The notes below the pieces were generated by a model. The model was not told the origin of the DNA. It searched no databases and saw only the letters and a program-made list of their open reading frames with translations. This document shows positions 1 through 9,543 of a stretch of DNA of 64,000 nucleotides, piece after piece. Both the position numbers and the translations under genes were made by a program. The first letter of the stretch is position 1; each line of letters starts with the position of its first letter. The DNA comes from Candidatus Geothermincolia bacterium (lineage in GTDB: Bacteria; Actinomycetota; Geothermincolia; Fen-727; Anoxymicrobiaceae), in the NCBI GenBank assembly GCA_038326775.1, contig JBBQKJ010000009.1, positions 9,457 to 73,456 of the forward strand, given 5' to 3'.

Positions 1-1002
1 GTGGATAGACGGCACCATCAACGGCACCGGGACGGCTTCCTTGAAGTTCGCCGCCTCGTCGAGCATCGTCCCGTCTTTGTCCGGGAAGAAGTACTTCAGC
101 GCCTCGTAAGAGCCGTCGGAGAGATGGATGTAATCGACGCCCAGCTGTGACATCACCCGCGCGACCTCGAGCGCCTCCTGGTGCGTGAATCCGTCGGGCA
201 TGTGCTCGTCGGCCGAGATACGCATGCCCACCAGGTAATCCTGGCCCACCGCCTCGCGCACCTTGAGGTAGACCTCGACCAGGAAGCGCATGCGGTTTTC
301 GAGGCTGCCGCCGTACAGGTCGGTCCTCTTGTTGGTGCGGGGGGAGAGGAACTGGTGCTCGAGGTAACCGTGGGGCGCGTGCAGCTCTATCCCATCGTAC
401 TGCGCCATCATGGCGAAGATACACGAGTTGGCGAACTCGTCCTGCTCCGAGCGTATCTCGGCGATGGTCATCTCGTAAGGGAGGCTCCCAGTGGCCATCG
501 GGATGAGCACCGGGTACTTCACGAGGACCTCGGGAAACCCGGTCGCCAGCAGCTCGAACGGGACATTGTACGGGATCGCCGAGGGTGCCGGCGGCCGCGA
601 GCCGTCGTGCGCGTGGCCCTGCCTCCCGAAGCCGATGGACATCTGTATGAAGGTGCGCGCCTCGAAGGCGTGAATGGTCTCCGACAGCTCCAGCAGCCCG
701 GGCGCGAACGACACGTCGTAGCCGTGCAGGTTGGAGGTAAACGGGAACTTCGCCGCGAGCTTCGTGCCGAGCACGCACTCGGTGATGATCAGGCCGCATC
801 CGCCTTTGGCCCGGGCGGCGTAGTAGGCGAGTATCTGCTCGTTGACATACCCGCGGTTGTCGAGCGACATCACCGTGTTCATCGGCGCCATCACGATACG
901 GTTCTTTATCTCCACGTCCTTTATCTGGATAGGGGACAGGAGGTTCTTGAACTCCTTTTTCGGGTCGATTTTCTTTACGGCTTTCGTTGACTTCTGCGCC
1001 AT
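1..1002 (-). CDS. NADH:flavin oxidoreductase (Old Yellow Enzyme / enoate reductase family), 3' end outside window
   Basis: Manual translation (not in ORF track because it runs off the edge): ATG at 1002 with GGAGGT RBS; motifs KNRIVMAPM, YYAARAKGGCGLIITE, DGIELHAPHGYLEHQFLSPRTNKRTDLYGGSLENRMRF. Confidence 0.9.
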   Translation of the reverse strand, partial: MAQKSTKAVKKIDPKKEFKNLLSPIQIKDVEIKNRIVMAPMNTVMSLDNRGYVNEQILAYYAARAKGGCGLIITECVLGTKLAAKFPFTSNLHGYDVSFAPGLLELSETIHAFEARTFIQMSIGFGRQGHAHDGSRPPAPSAIPYNVPFELLATGFPEVLVKYPVLIPMATGSLPYEMTIAEIRSEQDEFANSCIFAMMAQYDGIELHAPHGYLEHQFLSPRTNKRTDLYGGSLENRMRFLVEVYLKVREAVGQDYLVGMRISADEHMPDGFTHQEALEVARVMSQLGVDYIHLSDGSYEALKYFFPDKDGTMLDEAANFKEAVPVPLMVPSIH

Positions 1003-1015
1003 CGTGCGTTACCTC

Positions 1016-2023
1016 CTACGCCTTTTTCACAGGCTCTATCTTGAGCAGCTTCGCCATGTTCAGCCCGAAGATGTTAGCACGGTCGGCATCGGTGAGCTGC
1101 GGGTACCCGTACCCCTCGCACATGTCCTCGGGGATCTCGAACTCGCGCAGGCCCTGCACGGCGCCCCTCACCTGGGCCCCGAACCCCGCGCAGTCGGTGC
1201 CCCAGACAATCCTCTCCGAGCCGACCCAGCGGAGCGCCTCACCCAGTATCTCCCCGAACCGGCGCGGCGCGGTGGCGGCCCACGGCACGAGCAGGTTCAG
1301 CCCGAAGTGGATGTTAGGATGGACCGCCGCGGAAAGCGCGAGGTCGAGGAAGTTGGGGTAACCGGCGTGGAAGGCGATAAAGTCTACCTCGGGGAAGTCG
1401 CTCGCCACCTGGTCGAGCAGCACCGGGAGGCAGTTATAGCTGACGCCGGGGGGCACCCAGCACCAGCCCAGGTGGATGGCCACCGGGATGCCGAGCTCGC
1501 CCGCCTTCTCGTAGAGCGGGTACATCTCCGGGTCGTTCAGGGGCAGGTCCTCCGGCGGGTACACCTTGACCATGCGCGCGTTGTGGTTGGCGACGAGGTA
1601 CTCGAGTTCCCAGAGGGCGTTCTTCATCCCGCGCTTCTTGATGGGGCCCACGTTGGGGGTCAGGACCAGGCGGTCCGGCCAGCGCTCGCAGACAGCCGCG
1701 GCCTGCCCGTTGGTCACCCAGCGGGTCGCGTAACCCGTCGTGTCCATCATGGACTCGGGGATGATGCACGCCACGTCGATGCCGTAGGTGTCCATCCAGT
1801 CGATGATCGCCTCCGGCTCCGTGCGCTTGGTCATCTCCTCGACGGTGAGCACGTACTGGGGCGGTATCCCCATCAGGAACTGCCGGGTGACCCCGGCGAT
1901 CCCCTGCCACCAGGCCTGCACGCCGGGGAAGTAATCTATGGGGCCCATGTCCCCGATGATGTGCATCTCGATGTCCACTTTGAAAAAGTCATCCTTCTCG
2001 AACGCATTCTTCTCTTCAGCCAT
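1016..2023 (-). CDS. Amidohydrolase_2 family metal-dependent hydrolase
   Basis: Start refined to MAEEKNAF after an AGGAGG RBS; DxExH metal motif (DIEMH), YPLYEKAGELGIPVAIH, FHAG, RIVWGTD. Confidence 0.85.
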   Translation of the reverse strand: MAEEKNAFEKDDFFKVDIEMHIIGDMGPIDYFPGVQAWWQGIAGVTRQFLMGIPPQYVLTVEEMTKRTEPEAIIDWMDTYGIDVACIIPESMMDTTGYATRWVTNGQAAAVCERWPDRLVLTPNVGPIKKRGMKNALWELEYLVANHNARMVKVYPPEDLPLNDPEMYPLYEKAGELGIPVAIHLGWCWVPPGVSYNCLPVLLDQVASDFPEVDFIAFHAGYPNFLDLALSAAVHPNIHFGLNLLVPWAATAPRRFGEILGEALRWVGSERIVWGTDCAGFGAQVRGAVQGLREFEIPEDMCEGYGYPQLTDADRANIFGLNMAKLLKIEPVKKA

Positions 2024-2028
2024 CTTCG

Positions 2029-2508
2029 CTACCCCCTCCTGGACTCGTCGACCGGGCGCCACCTGGGAAGTGTCACCTCGTCGGTGACGTCGTCGAAGAC
2101 CACCTCGAGCTCCATCCCGTTTTCCAGTTTCTCGTGGTCGCATTCGACCACGTTTGATATCATGCGCACTCCCTCGGGCAGCTCCACCACCGCAACCACG
2201 TACGGCAGGTCGACCCAGAACGGGAACGGAACCCCGAAGATGTTGATGGCGTAGGCGGCCAGGGTGCCTTCGCCCGAGGCCTCCACCCACTCGTGCTCGT
2301 CGGCCGAGCAGTTGGTGCAGTACAGGTACGGGGGGTGGTCCACGTTGCCGCATTTGGAGCACTTCCTCAGTACAAACCTGTGCTGCTTGGCGGCATCCCA
2401 GAACGGCTGGGACCAGCTTGTGGGTATCGGCATCGGCTTGACGAGGTCTTCGTCGGTGAGGTTCAGCATTGACTTCACCACGTTAATGTCTATCGGTTCC
2501 TGGGCCAT
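2029..2508 (-). CDS. DUF35 Zn-ribbon/OB-fold acyl-CoA-binding protein
   Basis: PFWDAAK, CSKC...HPP...CTNC, PYVVAVVELPEGVRMISNVV; adjacent to a thiolase-family gene. Confidence 0.9.
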   Translation of the reverse strand: MAQEPIDINVVKSMLNLTDEDLVKPMPIPTSWSQPFWDAAKQHRFVLRKCSKCGNVDHPPYLYCTNCSADEHEWVEASGEGTLAAYAINIFGVPFPFWVDLPYVVAVVELPEGVRMISNVVECDHEKLENGMELEVVFDDVTDEVTLPRWRPVDESRRG

Positions 2509-2564
2509 GTCCTTCTCCTCCTTCTCATTCGCGCGGTAACGTGCAGGGCGGAAAAGACGGCAGT

Positions 2565-3770
2565 CTATCCCGGTATCTCGTTCCCCATAACGGTGAAGTG
2601 GCAGTCCATGAAAGCGCCTCCACCGCAGTTCTCTATGGCGAATTTCGCCCCCGGCACCTGGGCCTTGCCCGCTTTACCCTGGAGCTGCCTGACCGTCTCG
2701 ACCAGTATCGCGAACCCGCACCCGGTGCCGGTGTGGCCGAAGCTCATCGCCTCCCCGTTCGTTGAGCAGGGGTACTTTCCCCCGGGGCTCGTCTCTCCGT
2801 CCTCAACCAGGGCGCCCGCCTTGCCCGGCCCGGCTACCCCCAGGGAATCCAGGATCATCAGGTTGATGGTCGGATACGAACCGTATATCTCGAACATGTC
2901 CATGTCCTTCGGCCCGAGGCCCGACTTCTCGTACGCCTCGTTGGCGATGGGAGACAGGAACCTGGTCAGCTGGTTGAAATCGCTGATGTTCGCCCTGGTG
3001 ATGGTGCGATGGGAGTAGTCCGAGCCCTCCCCCAGGAAGTAGACGGGCCTGTCGCACACCTTGCGAGCCTTCTCGGCGGTTGTCATCACGAACGCGCTGC
3101 CGCCGTCGCCGAGCACGTTGCACATCAGGGTGGTCAGAGGGTAGGAGACCATCCGCGCGTTCACGACTTTCTCGATGGTGATCTCCTTGTTGTTGAACAT
3201 GGCGTTCGGCTGGAGCATCGCCCACCTGCGGCAGGCCACGCAGACCGCGGCGACCTGCTCGATGGTCGTACCGGTGTAGGCCATGTACGCCTGGGTTATC
3301 ATGGCGGCCAGGGAGTTGTAGGTCATGCCGTAGGGATACTCCCACTCCACGTCGCAGCCCGCGATCGAGAAGTACTTGGCCTGCTCGTTGGCGGTGAACT
3401 GGGAGAACCGCTGCGCGTGGACCACCAGCACGGTGTCCGTCTCTCCAGAGCGGAGTATCCCCTCCGCCGTCTTGCGGATGGAGTAACTCGAGGCGCCTCC
3501 GGAGCTGGTCATGCAGGTGACCTTGCACCCCTTTGCCCCGATCGCCTCCGGCAGCCGGCCGAACACCATCTCGGTGTTGTAGTCGTTGTCAGGGTTGGAC
3601 ATGATGTGCTGGGCACATAGGACCGCCCCGACACTGTCCTTGTCTATGCCCGCGTCCTGGATGGCCATCCTGGCCACGGTGTAAGCGATCTCGAACTCCG
3701 ACCTCTCCGGGAAGTTGCCGGTTGGCACTTCGCCCGTGCCTATTACAGCGAATTCACCTGCGCTCATCAT
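2565..3770 (-). CDS. Thiolase-superfamily (SCP2/Ltp2-like) protein lacking the N-terminal catalytic Cys; possible aldolase
   Basis: AVIGTGE, SSGGASS at the usual Cys site, DGGSAFVMT, FEIYG, TNGEAMSFGH, VRQLQGKAGKAQV. Confidence 0.85.
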   Translation of the reverse strand: MMSAGEFAVIGTGEVPTGNFPERSEFEIAYTVARMAIQDAGIDKDSVGAVLCAQHIMSNPDNDYNTEMVFGRLPEAIGAKGCKVTCMTSSGGASSYSIRKTAEGILRSGETDTVLVVHAQRFSQFTANEQAKYFSIAGCDVEWEYPYGMTYNSLAAMITQAYMAYTGTTIEQVAAVCVACRRWAMLQPNAMFNNKEITIEKVVNARMVSYPLTTLMCNVLGDGGSAFVMTTAEKARKVCDRPVYFLGEGSDYSHRTITRANISDFNQLTRFLSPIANEAYEKSGLGPKDMDMFEIYGSYPTINLMILDSLGVAGPGKAGALVEDGETSPGGKYPCSTNGEAMSFGHTGTGCGFAILVETVRQLQGKAGKAQVPGAKFAIENCGGGAFMDCHFTVMGNEIPG

Positions 3771-3835
3771 CAACTCCTTTCTAGAAATCCGGGCTGGAAA
3801 ACCCGCGGCCCTCATCCATCAATATCCCTTGATTA

Positions 3836-3851
3836 GAATGACTGGTCATTC
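3836..3851. promoter_or_regulatory. Palindromic operator GAATGAC-TG-GTCATTC, likely a TetR-family site
   Basis: Perfect 7-2-7 inverted repeat in the divergent intergenic region, about 65 bp upstream of the thiolase operon. Confidence 0.65.
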
Positions 3852-3949
3852 CCATAAGCCTGTTGCCTGACTGTGGCGTGACAGGATACCGATTGCGTAA
3901 TTCCCGCAATTCTAAACATATATGGAAGCATAAATCAAGAGGAAGAGAC

Positions 3950-3979
3950 TTGACAGTTGAAAAAGATTATTGATATAGT
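3950..3979 (+). promoter_or_regulatory. Sigma70-type promoter of the MerR-TetR gene
   Basis: TTGACA (3950-3955), 18-bp spacer, TGnTATAGT extended -10 (3974-3979) in an AT-rich stretch. Confidence 0.65.
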
Positions 3980-4012
3980 CACTCAACAGTTGGTTGGTAC
4001 AAGAGGAGGGTC

Positions 4013-4921
4013 ATGAAGCCGGAGATGGACAGGCCGCTCAGGATGTCGGACCTGGAAAAGATCAGCGGGGTCGGACGCAGCACCATACATTATTACCTTC
4101 GGGAAGGCCTGATGTCGCCCCCGAAAAAGACTGGCCGTACGATGGCTTACTACGACGCCGCGCACGTCCGGGAGCTCGAGGAGATAAAGGGACTCCAGGG
4201 CGAAGGGTATCCGATCTCCTACATAAGGGAGATGCTCGGCCCCGGCAGGCCGGCGGGCAGGAAACGCCATGCGGGCGAGGCCGAGGCCCCCCGGTCTGAC
4301 CGGCGCCAGCAGATAATGGACAAGGCGGTCGAGATATTCGCCCGCAAGGGGTATCACCAGACTAACGTGACGGAGATAGCCAGGGCGGTCGGGGTCGGCC
4401 ACAGCACCTTCTATGTCTATTTCCCGAGCAAGATGGCTCTCTTCACGGAGTGCGTCGACCGGGTGTTCCAGGAGATGTTTTCCGATGTCTGGGAAGAGAT
4501 AAAGGGCGAGAAGAACCCCATCGCCAGGCTCCAGAAGAGGGGTGAGGTCGTGCTCAAGAGCCATCCGCAGTTCATCGACATGATGAACGTGCTCAAGAGC
4601 ATCGAGGAAGACGACCCCCCGCTCGAGGCCAAGAAACGCGAGATGTACGCCTCCATTGTGGAGCCCGTGAAGCGCGACCTGAAGCGGGCCATAGAGATGG
4701 GCCTTATCCCGGACATAGACATCGAGGTCGCCGCGTTTCTCATCGTGGGCTTCCTGGAGTCGGCCTGGCTGCTCATGAACATGAACGAATCCTACACGGC
4801 GGACCGGGTCCTTGACGTCATGGCCGCCATCTCTTTCCCAATCGCGGCGAGCGCACCCGTGAAGAAGGCTGCCGGGAAGAAAAATAAGAAAGCGCCGAAG
4901 AAGAGCGGCCCGTCCTCCTGA
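4013..4921 (+). CDS. MerR-HTH / TetR fusion transcriptional regulator
   Basis: N-terminal MerR HTH (MSDLEKISGVGRSTIHYYLREGL), linker, then TetR HTH (RRQQIMDKAVEIFARKGYHQTNVTEIARAVGVGHSTFYVYFPSK) and TetR C-terminal domain. Confidence 0.88.
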   Translation: MKPEMDRPLRMSDLEKISGVGRSTIHYYLREGLMSPPKKTGRTMAYYDAAHVRELEEIKGLQGEGYPISYIREMLGPGRPAGRKRHAGEAEAPRSDRRQQIMDKAVEIFARKGYHQTNVTEIARAVGVGHSTFYVYFPSKMALFTECVDRVFQEMFSDVWEEIKGEKNPIARLQKRGEVVLKSHPQFIDMMNVLKSIEEDDPPLEAKKREMYASIVEPVKRDLKRAIEMGLIPDIDIEVAAFLIVGFLESAWLLMNMNESYTADRVLDVMAAISFPIAASAPVKKAAGKKNKKAPKKSGPSS

Positions 4922-4989
4922 TCCGAACCCGCGCATGGGATCCACTTGCCCCGCGACTGTCTGTCGGGTATAAAGGTTGCAGTCAGACC

Positions 4990-5065
4990 GGGGGTATAGC
5001 TCAGTTGGGAGAGCGCTGGCTTTGCAAGCCAGAGGTCGGCGGTTCGAGCCCGCCTACCTCCACCA
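4990..5065 (+). tRNA. tRNA-Ala(TGC)
   Basis: 76 nt; acceptor stem GGGGGTA/TACCTCC with G3:U70; anticodon arm CTGGC-TTTGCAA-GCCAG; GGTTCGA T-loop; encoded CCA. Confidence 0.97.
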
Positions 5066-5386
5066 GTCAAATCGTCTGAACAACCATCCATCACGCTGTG
5101 TTTGATTGCGTGAGATCAACGGATCGAACCGCCGGCCAGGGGGGTCGTTCTTCTCCGCGGGGGGAAGGTCCCCCGCCCTCAACCGCGATACGACCGGCAT
5201 CTCACAGCTCAGCCGGCGAGCATGCCGCAGAATCCGGGCAACCGTGTTTGAAGGGCTCGAAAGTTGTTAGAATATGGGCGTTGGAGGAGTCATATGTGGA
5301 ACACCGGTTCAGCTTATGAGCAAAGAGAACGAATGTGAGAGTGCCGCACAGTCGAGCGGAAGCTGTACTGCTGAAGGGTTGCGAGC

Positions 5387-7876
5387 TTGAAAGCGGCAAG
5401 AGTTGAGCGATCGGAACAGACCGGGTGGAAGCTCGACTATTCTGAGACCGCGGATGCCGTGCAACGGTTGTTCGCGTGGAAACAGGGCCTGTTCTCCTCG
5501 CTGCTGGTCAAAGCTTTTTCGTGGGTTCTGCACCCTCTCGAACAGGGCACTTACAGGGGCAGAGCTCTTGCCGGAGAACCCCACCGCTCTAGCCGCGTCA
5601 TAGCCTCGCCCCTTACGGTATTCGTGATTCCCGAGGGACGCCGGCATAAACTGTTTCTCGCGGCAAGGCTCAGGGTGAGAAGCCCCATCAATATAATCCA
5701 CGACCCGGCAGCCGACGCGAAACCGGAAGCGTCACAAAGTGCGGATAAAGACAAGAAACGGGAAGCTCGGGCCGAGCCGGGAGACGAGGGCCGGAAGAAA
5801 ACAAGCGAGGAGTCCAGAGCGGACGGTCCTGCCGACGTGGATTGCCGTGGACCTGTCTGCGGTGGCACCGACTTCTGCCTGGAGGAGCTCATCGCTATCC
5901 AGCGCGCGAGCGCCGAGGAGCTCATGGTCGTGCCGGTCACTCGCGCCTTTCATCAGCACAACCCCGAAGCCCCGCCGACAACGTTCTCCGCAAAAGTCTA
6001 CTGGTTCAGGCCGATGCATCTCATGAGGAGGACGGCGAGCTTCGCGAGGACGGTCCATACCGCGAGCGTCAAGAACTGCAGGCCGCTGAACCTGTCGAGC
6101 TGGCTGGAAAGCAACCCGCGACCGGACCTGCGCTCCCAGGCGCACGCCCTGCGCCTCGAGGTGATCAGCAACATAGAATCCGAGCGCCGCGCCTGCACCG
6201 GGCCGCCGCTCGCGCCGCACCGGGAGGTCAGGAAGCTCGTTCTCGAGGACCCGGTCCTGAGCGACTACATAAAAGAGTACGCCCAGCAACTGGGAGTGAC
6301 TACCGAGGAGGCGTTGAAGGAGGCCCGGCAATACATGGGTGAGATCGCCTCGAATCTCAGGGTCGGAGTGGTCAGGTACGTCGGCCTGCTGCTTAACAAG
6401 GGATTTGACCGTCTGCTGACAGGATTTGAAGTCGATCCACAGGGGATAAGGTTCCTCTCGGAGTGCGACAGCCGATCGCGCATAGTACTCGTCTGCTGTC
6501 ACAAGAGCTACCTGGACCCGTTAATCATCGCGTACGGGATATGCCGTTCGGGCCTTACGCCCCCCCAACAGGCCGCTGGCATCAATCTGAACATATGGCC
6601 GCTCGGGTGGGTGCTCAGACACTGCGGCGCGTTCTACCTTCGACGCACGTTTGCAGGCGAAACCCTCTACAAGGAAGTGTTCAGCGCTTACGTCAGGCGC
6701 CTGCTGGCTGACAACTTCATCACGGCGTTCTACATCGAGGGGACGAGGAGCAGGGACGGAAAGCTCCAGAAGCCCAAGACGGGGTACATGGGCATACTCG
6801 ATGAAGCTTTGCGTATGGGCGTCTGCGACGACATCACCCTGGTGCCCGTCTATCTCGGTTACGACAGGGTCCCCGAGGAGGACGGTCACGTCCGGGAGAT
6901 GGCTGGCGGATGGAAGATCTCCGAGACGCTGAAGCTGTTTTCGCGAATATACGAGTCTATAACCACCACCCTGGGCCGGGCTTATGTGAAGTTCGGAGCA
7001 CCCATGAGCTTCAGGGCGCTGGTGGAGGAGCACGGCATCGACGCCGCGGCCAACATTATCTGCGATGAAATAAACAGCATCACCGTCATCACCGCCAGGT
7101 CTGTGGCGGCGTGCGCACTGCTTGCGTCGGGGCGGACGTGGGTTTCGTCCGGGGATTTCGATAAATCGGCGGGGGATATACTCGAGTTGTGTCGGCGCAT
7201 GAGACTCCCAATGGCAACTGATGCCGATCGGCAGGGTGTGCGGGCCGCCGCCGACTGGTTTGCTGTAGAACGACGCGTTGTTCCCAAGGCTGACCAGGGA
7301 GTTGACGGCTTCCGCGTGGAAGGGTACGGGCGTCGTTTCCTCGAGTACAACAAGAATATCCTGCTCGCGCATCTGCTCAAACCCTCAATGGCGGCGGTAG
7401 CGGGGCGCCTCGGCGGCGGCGACCGGGCGGAGGAGTCGCTCCTCTTTCTCAAACGCTTGTTGGCCGGGGAGTTCGTGTTCGGCCTCGACCGGGCGGACGA
7501 GGCCTGGAAGCCTGTGGATCACGCCGGCGCGGAAGTGCTCGGCTCGCTTCTGGACTCCTTCCTTGAGGGTTACCTGGTCGCCTGCCTGGCGATCGGCTCG
7601 CTCACTGCCGAAGAGCCGGTCGTCGTGGCGGAATTAGTCGCACTCTGTTTTGCGGAAGGTGAAAGGATGCTCGATGAAGGCTCCATACGGCGCGAAGAGT
7701 CGCTTTCGCGGATCCTGTTCAAGAACGCGGTAAAGAACTATCAGGAAATGGGGCTCCTCGCCGAGTTGCAGCGGAACGGCGAGGCCGGCAGGGAAGAAAC
7801 CGCGCTGATCCCGGGCGAGCGGTTCGATGAAAGGGGCGACGTGGAGAATCGTATTGACGGTTTTCTGAAAGGATGA
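5387..7876 (+). CDS. plsB: Glycerol-3-phosphate acyltransferase (PlsB-like); start uncertain
   Basis: Acyltransferase blocks HKSYLD (HX4D), GAFYLRR, YIEGTRSRDGK, LVPVYLGYD; PlsB-like length. Confidence 0.8.
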   Translation: MKAARVERSEQTGWKLDYSETADAVQRLFAWKQGLFSSLLVKAFSWVLHPLEQGTYRGRALAGEPHRSSRVIASPLTVFVIPEGRRHKLFLAARLRVRSPINIIHDPAADAKPEASQSADKDKKREARAEPGDEGRKKTSEESRADGPADVDCRGPVCGGTDFCLEELIAIQRASAEELMVVPVTRAFHQHNPEAPPTTFSAKVYWFRPMHLMRRTASFARTVHTASVKNCRPLNLSSWLESNPRPDLRSQAHALRLEVISNIESERRACTGPPLAPHREVRKLVLEDPVLSDYIKEYAQQLGVTTEEALKEARQYMGEIASNLRVGVVRYVGLLLNKGFDRLLTGFEVDPQGIRFLSECDSRSRIVLVCCHKSYLDPLIIAYGICRSGLTPPQQAAGINLNIWPLGWVLRHCGAFYLRRTFAGETLYKEVFSAYVRRLLADNFITAFYIEGTRSRDGKLQKPKTGYMGILDEALRMGVCDDITLVPVYLGYDRVPEEDGHVREMAGGWKISETLKLFSRIYESITTTLGRAYVKFGAPMSFRALVEEHGIDAAANIICDEINSITVITARSVAACALLASGRTWVSSGDFDKSAGDILELCRRMRLPMATDADRQGVRAAADWFAVERRVVPKADQGVDGFRVEGYGRRFLEYNKNILLAHLLKPSMAAVAGRLGGGDRAEESLLFLKRLLAGEFVFGLDRADEAWKPVDHAGAEVLGSLLDSFLEGYLVACLAIGSLTAEEPVVVAELVALCFAEGERMLDEGSIRREESLSRILFKNAVKNYQEMGLLAELQRNGEAGREETALIPGERFDERGDVENRIDGFLKG

Positions 7877-8055
7877 CCGGGGTCAGGCCCCGGCCTTCTC
7901 GCAGACAGCGGGTAAAGACGCGCCCTCCCATGGCGGGCAAGGAACGCGCTGCGAGGACCCCGAACCCGGAAGTCAACATCGAGGATATGAACCTCTGCTC
8001 GGAGGTCGACCCCAAGCGATTCGACTCCCGCCGCCGCGCCCCTTGCCGGCCGTCT

Positions 8056-9435
8056 TCACGGGGCGTCCGGCGTCTCCCAGGCGGGTGAGACCGCGTCCTT
8101 CAGTATCGCCGGAAAGACGATTATCACCGCGGACAGCCCCAGGCAGACCATGGCTCCGACGAACAGGGCGAACGGGGTCGACCTTACGTCGGCCACGTAA
8201 CCCAGCAGCAGCCCCCCGATCGGCGCCGTCCCCTGGAAGAGCAGGATGTAGAAGCTCATTATCCTTCCCCTCATGTTGCGCTCAACACGGGACTGGAGCA
8301 CCGTGTTCATCGACGCGGCCACCATAAGGAAGCTCAGGCCGATGCCCACCGACGCGAGGATAGAGAGCCAGTAAGCGCGGGAGACGGACAGCACGAGCAG
8401 CCAGATCGAGGTCGCGAGCAGGGCGAACTTTATGATGTCCTTCTCCTTGACACTGCGGTGCAAAACCGTAACCAGCGGAGCCCCGATCACGGCCCCCAGG
8501 CCGAGGCCTCCCAACAGCCACCCGTAAGCCCAGGGGCCCTTGTGGAGCACGTCCCTTGCGACCGCGGGGAGCAGCACCACGTAAGAAAGGCCGAAGAATG
8601 CCGATATTCCCAGTACGGTCAGAAGGTTCCTGGCCCAGCTGTTTTCCTTTACGTACCGCAGCCCTTCCACCATCTGGAACCACACATTCTCCGTCGGCAG
8701 GGCGGCGGCCGGGGGCCTGAACCTGATGAGCAGGAGCGCGACCAGGACCGTCAGGAAGCTGGCGGCGTTGATATAGAACGCCGCGGCGACGCCCGAGCGC
8801 AGATTGCGCGCCGGTTCTCCAAAAGCGAAGACGTTGATGATCAGGGCGCCCAGCGCGGGACCGACGAAGCGGGCCATGTTATACCCGGCAGCGTCCAGCG
8901 CCACGCCGTTCATGAGTTCCTCCGGCGGCACGAGGTCGGGCACCATGGCGCGCCAGGCCGGGAAGGTGAAAACAAAGGCAAGGCCCATCAAGACGGTCAG
9001 GCTCATGATCATTGACATGGACGACCAGCCTGCGGAGGTCGCAACCGCCAGGGCCAGGGCTGCGAGCATCATCACCGCCTGGGTCACCAGTATGAGCTTC
9101 CGGCGGTCGATGCGGTCGGCCAGCGACCCGGCATACAGAACGAAAAGGATTATCGGCACGAAGTTCGCGAAGTTCACTGCCGCCACCCAGGCGCTCGAAT
9201 GTGTGATTTCGCTCACGTACCAGAGAAGAGCGGTGTTGTGGATGAGGGTGCCCAGGTTCGAGAGGAACGCTCCGGACCACAGCAGGCGGAAATCGCGGTA
9301 ACCGAACGCCGAGAGGACGCCCCCGTGGAACAGGGATTTGTCCACCAGCTCCGTGGTCGGCGCGGCCACGTCGGCCTCGAACTCGCAGGTCCTGCTGTAG
9401 CTATCCTGTTCGCCGGGCTTCTTCTGCTCTGCCAT
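8056..9435 (-). CDS. MFS transporter (DHA3/EntS-like)
   Basis: About 12 hydrophobic segments, DFRLLWSG, motif A (GSLADRIDRRK), MRGRIMS; start refined to MAEQKK. Confidence 0.88.
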   Translation of the reverse strand: MAEQKKPGEQDSYSRTCEFEADVAAPTTELVDKSLFHGGVLSAFGYRDFRLLWSGAFLSNLGTLIHNTALLWYVSEITHSSAWVAAVNFANFVPIILFVLYAGSLADRIDRRKLILVTQAVMMLAALALAVATSAGWSSMSMIMSLTVLMGLAFVFTFPAWRAMVPDLVPPEELMNGVALDAAGYNMARFVGPALGALIINVFAFGEPARNLRSGVAAAFYINAASFLTVLVALLLIRFRPPAAALPTENVWFQMVEGLRYVKENSWARNLLTVLGISAFFGLSYVVLLPAVARDVLHKGPWAYGWLLGGLGLGAVIGAPLVTVLHRSVKEKDIIKFALLATSIWLLVLSVSRAYWLSILASVGIGLSFLMVAASMNTVLQSRVERNMRGRIMSFYILLFQGTAPIGGLLLGYVADVRSTPFALFVGAMVCLGLSAVIIVFPAILKDAVSPAWETPDAP

Positions 9436-9543
9436 GCGCCTCTCAGTCCCGCGGGCCCCTGCCGTCCAGGCCGGCCCAATTGTGCTATATTCTTGTGCGG
9501 CCTCCGGTTGACGGCCACGCGAACAGGTTAACAAGTCGGGGTG

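Noticed and set aside
4990-7900. Integrative element at tRNA-Ala
   Set aside because: No integrase, and I found no duplicated tRNA 3' end in the window.
7990-8045. tRNA-like fragment (GATTCGACTCCC)
   Set aside because: No full T-stem, acceptor stem or cloverleaf.
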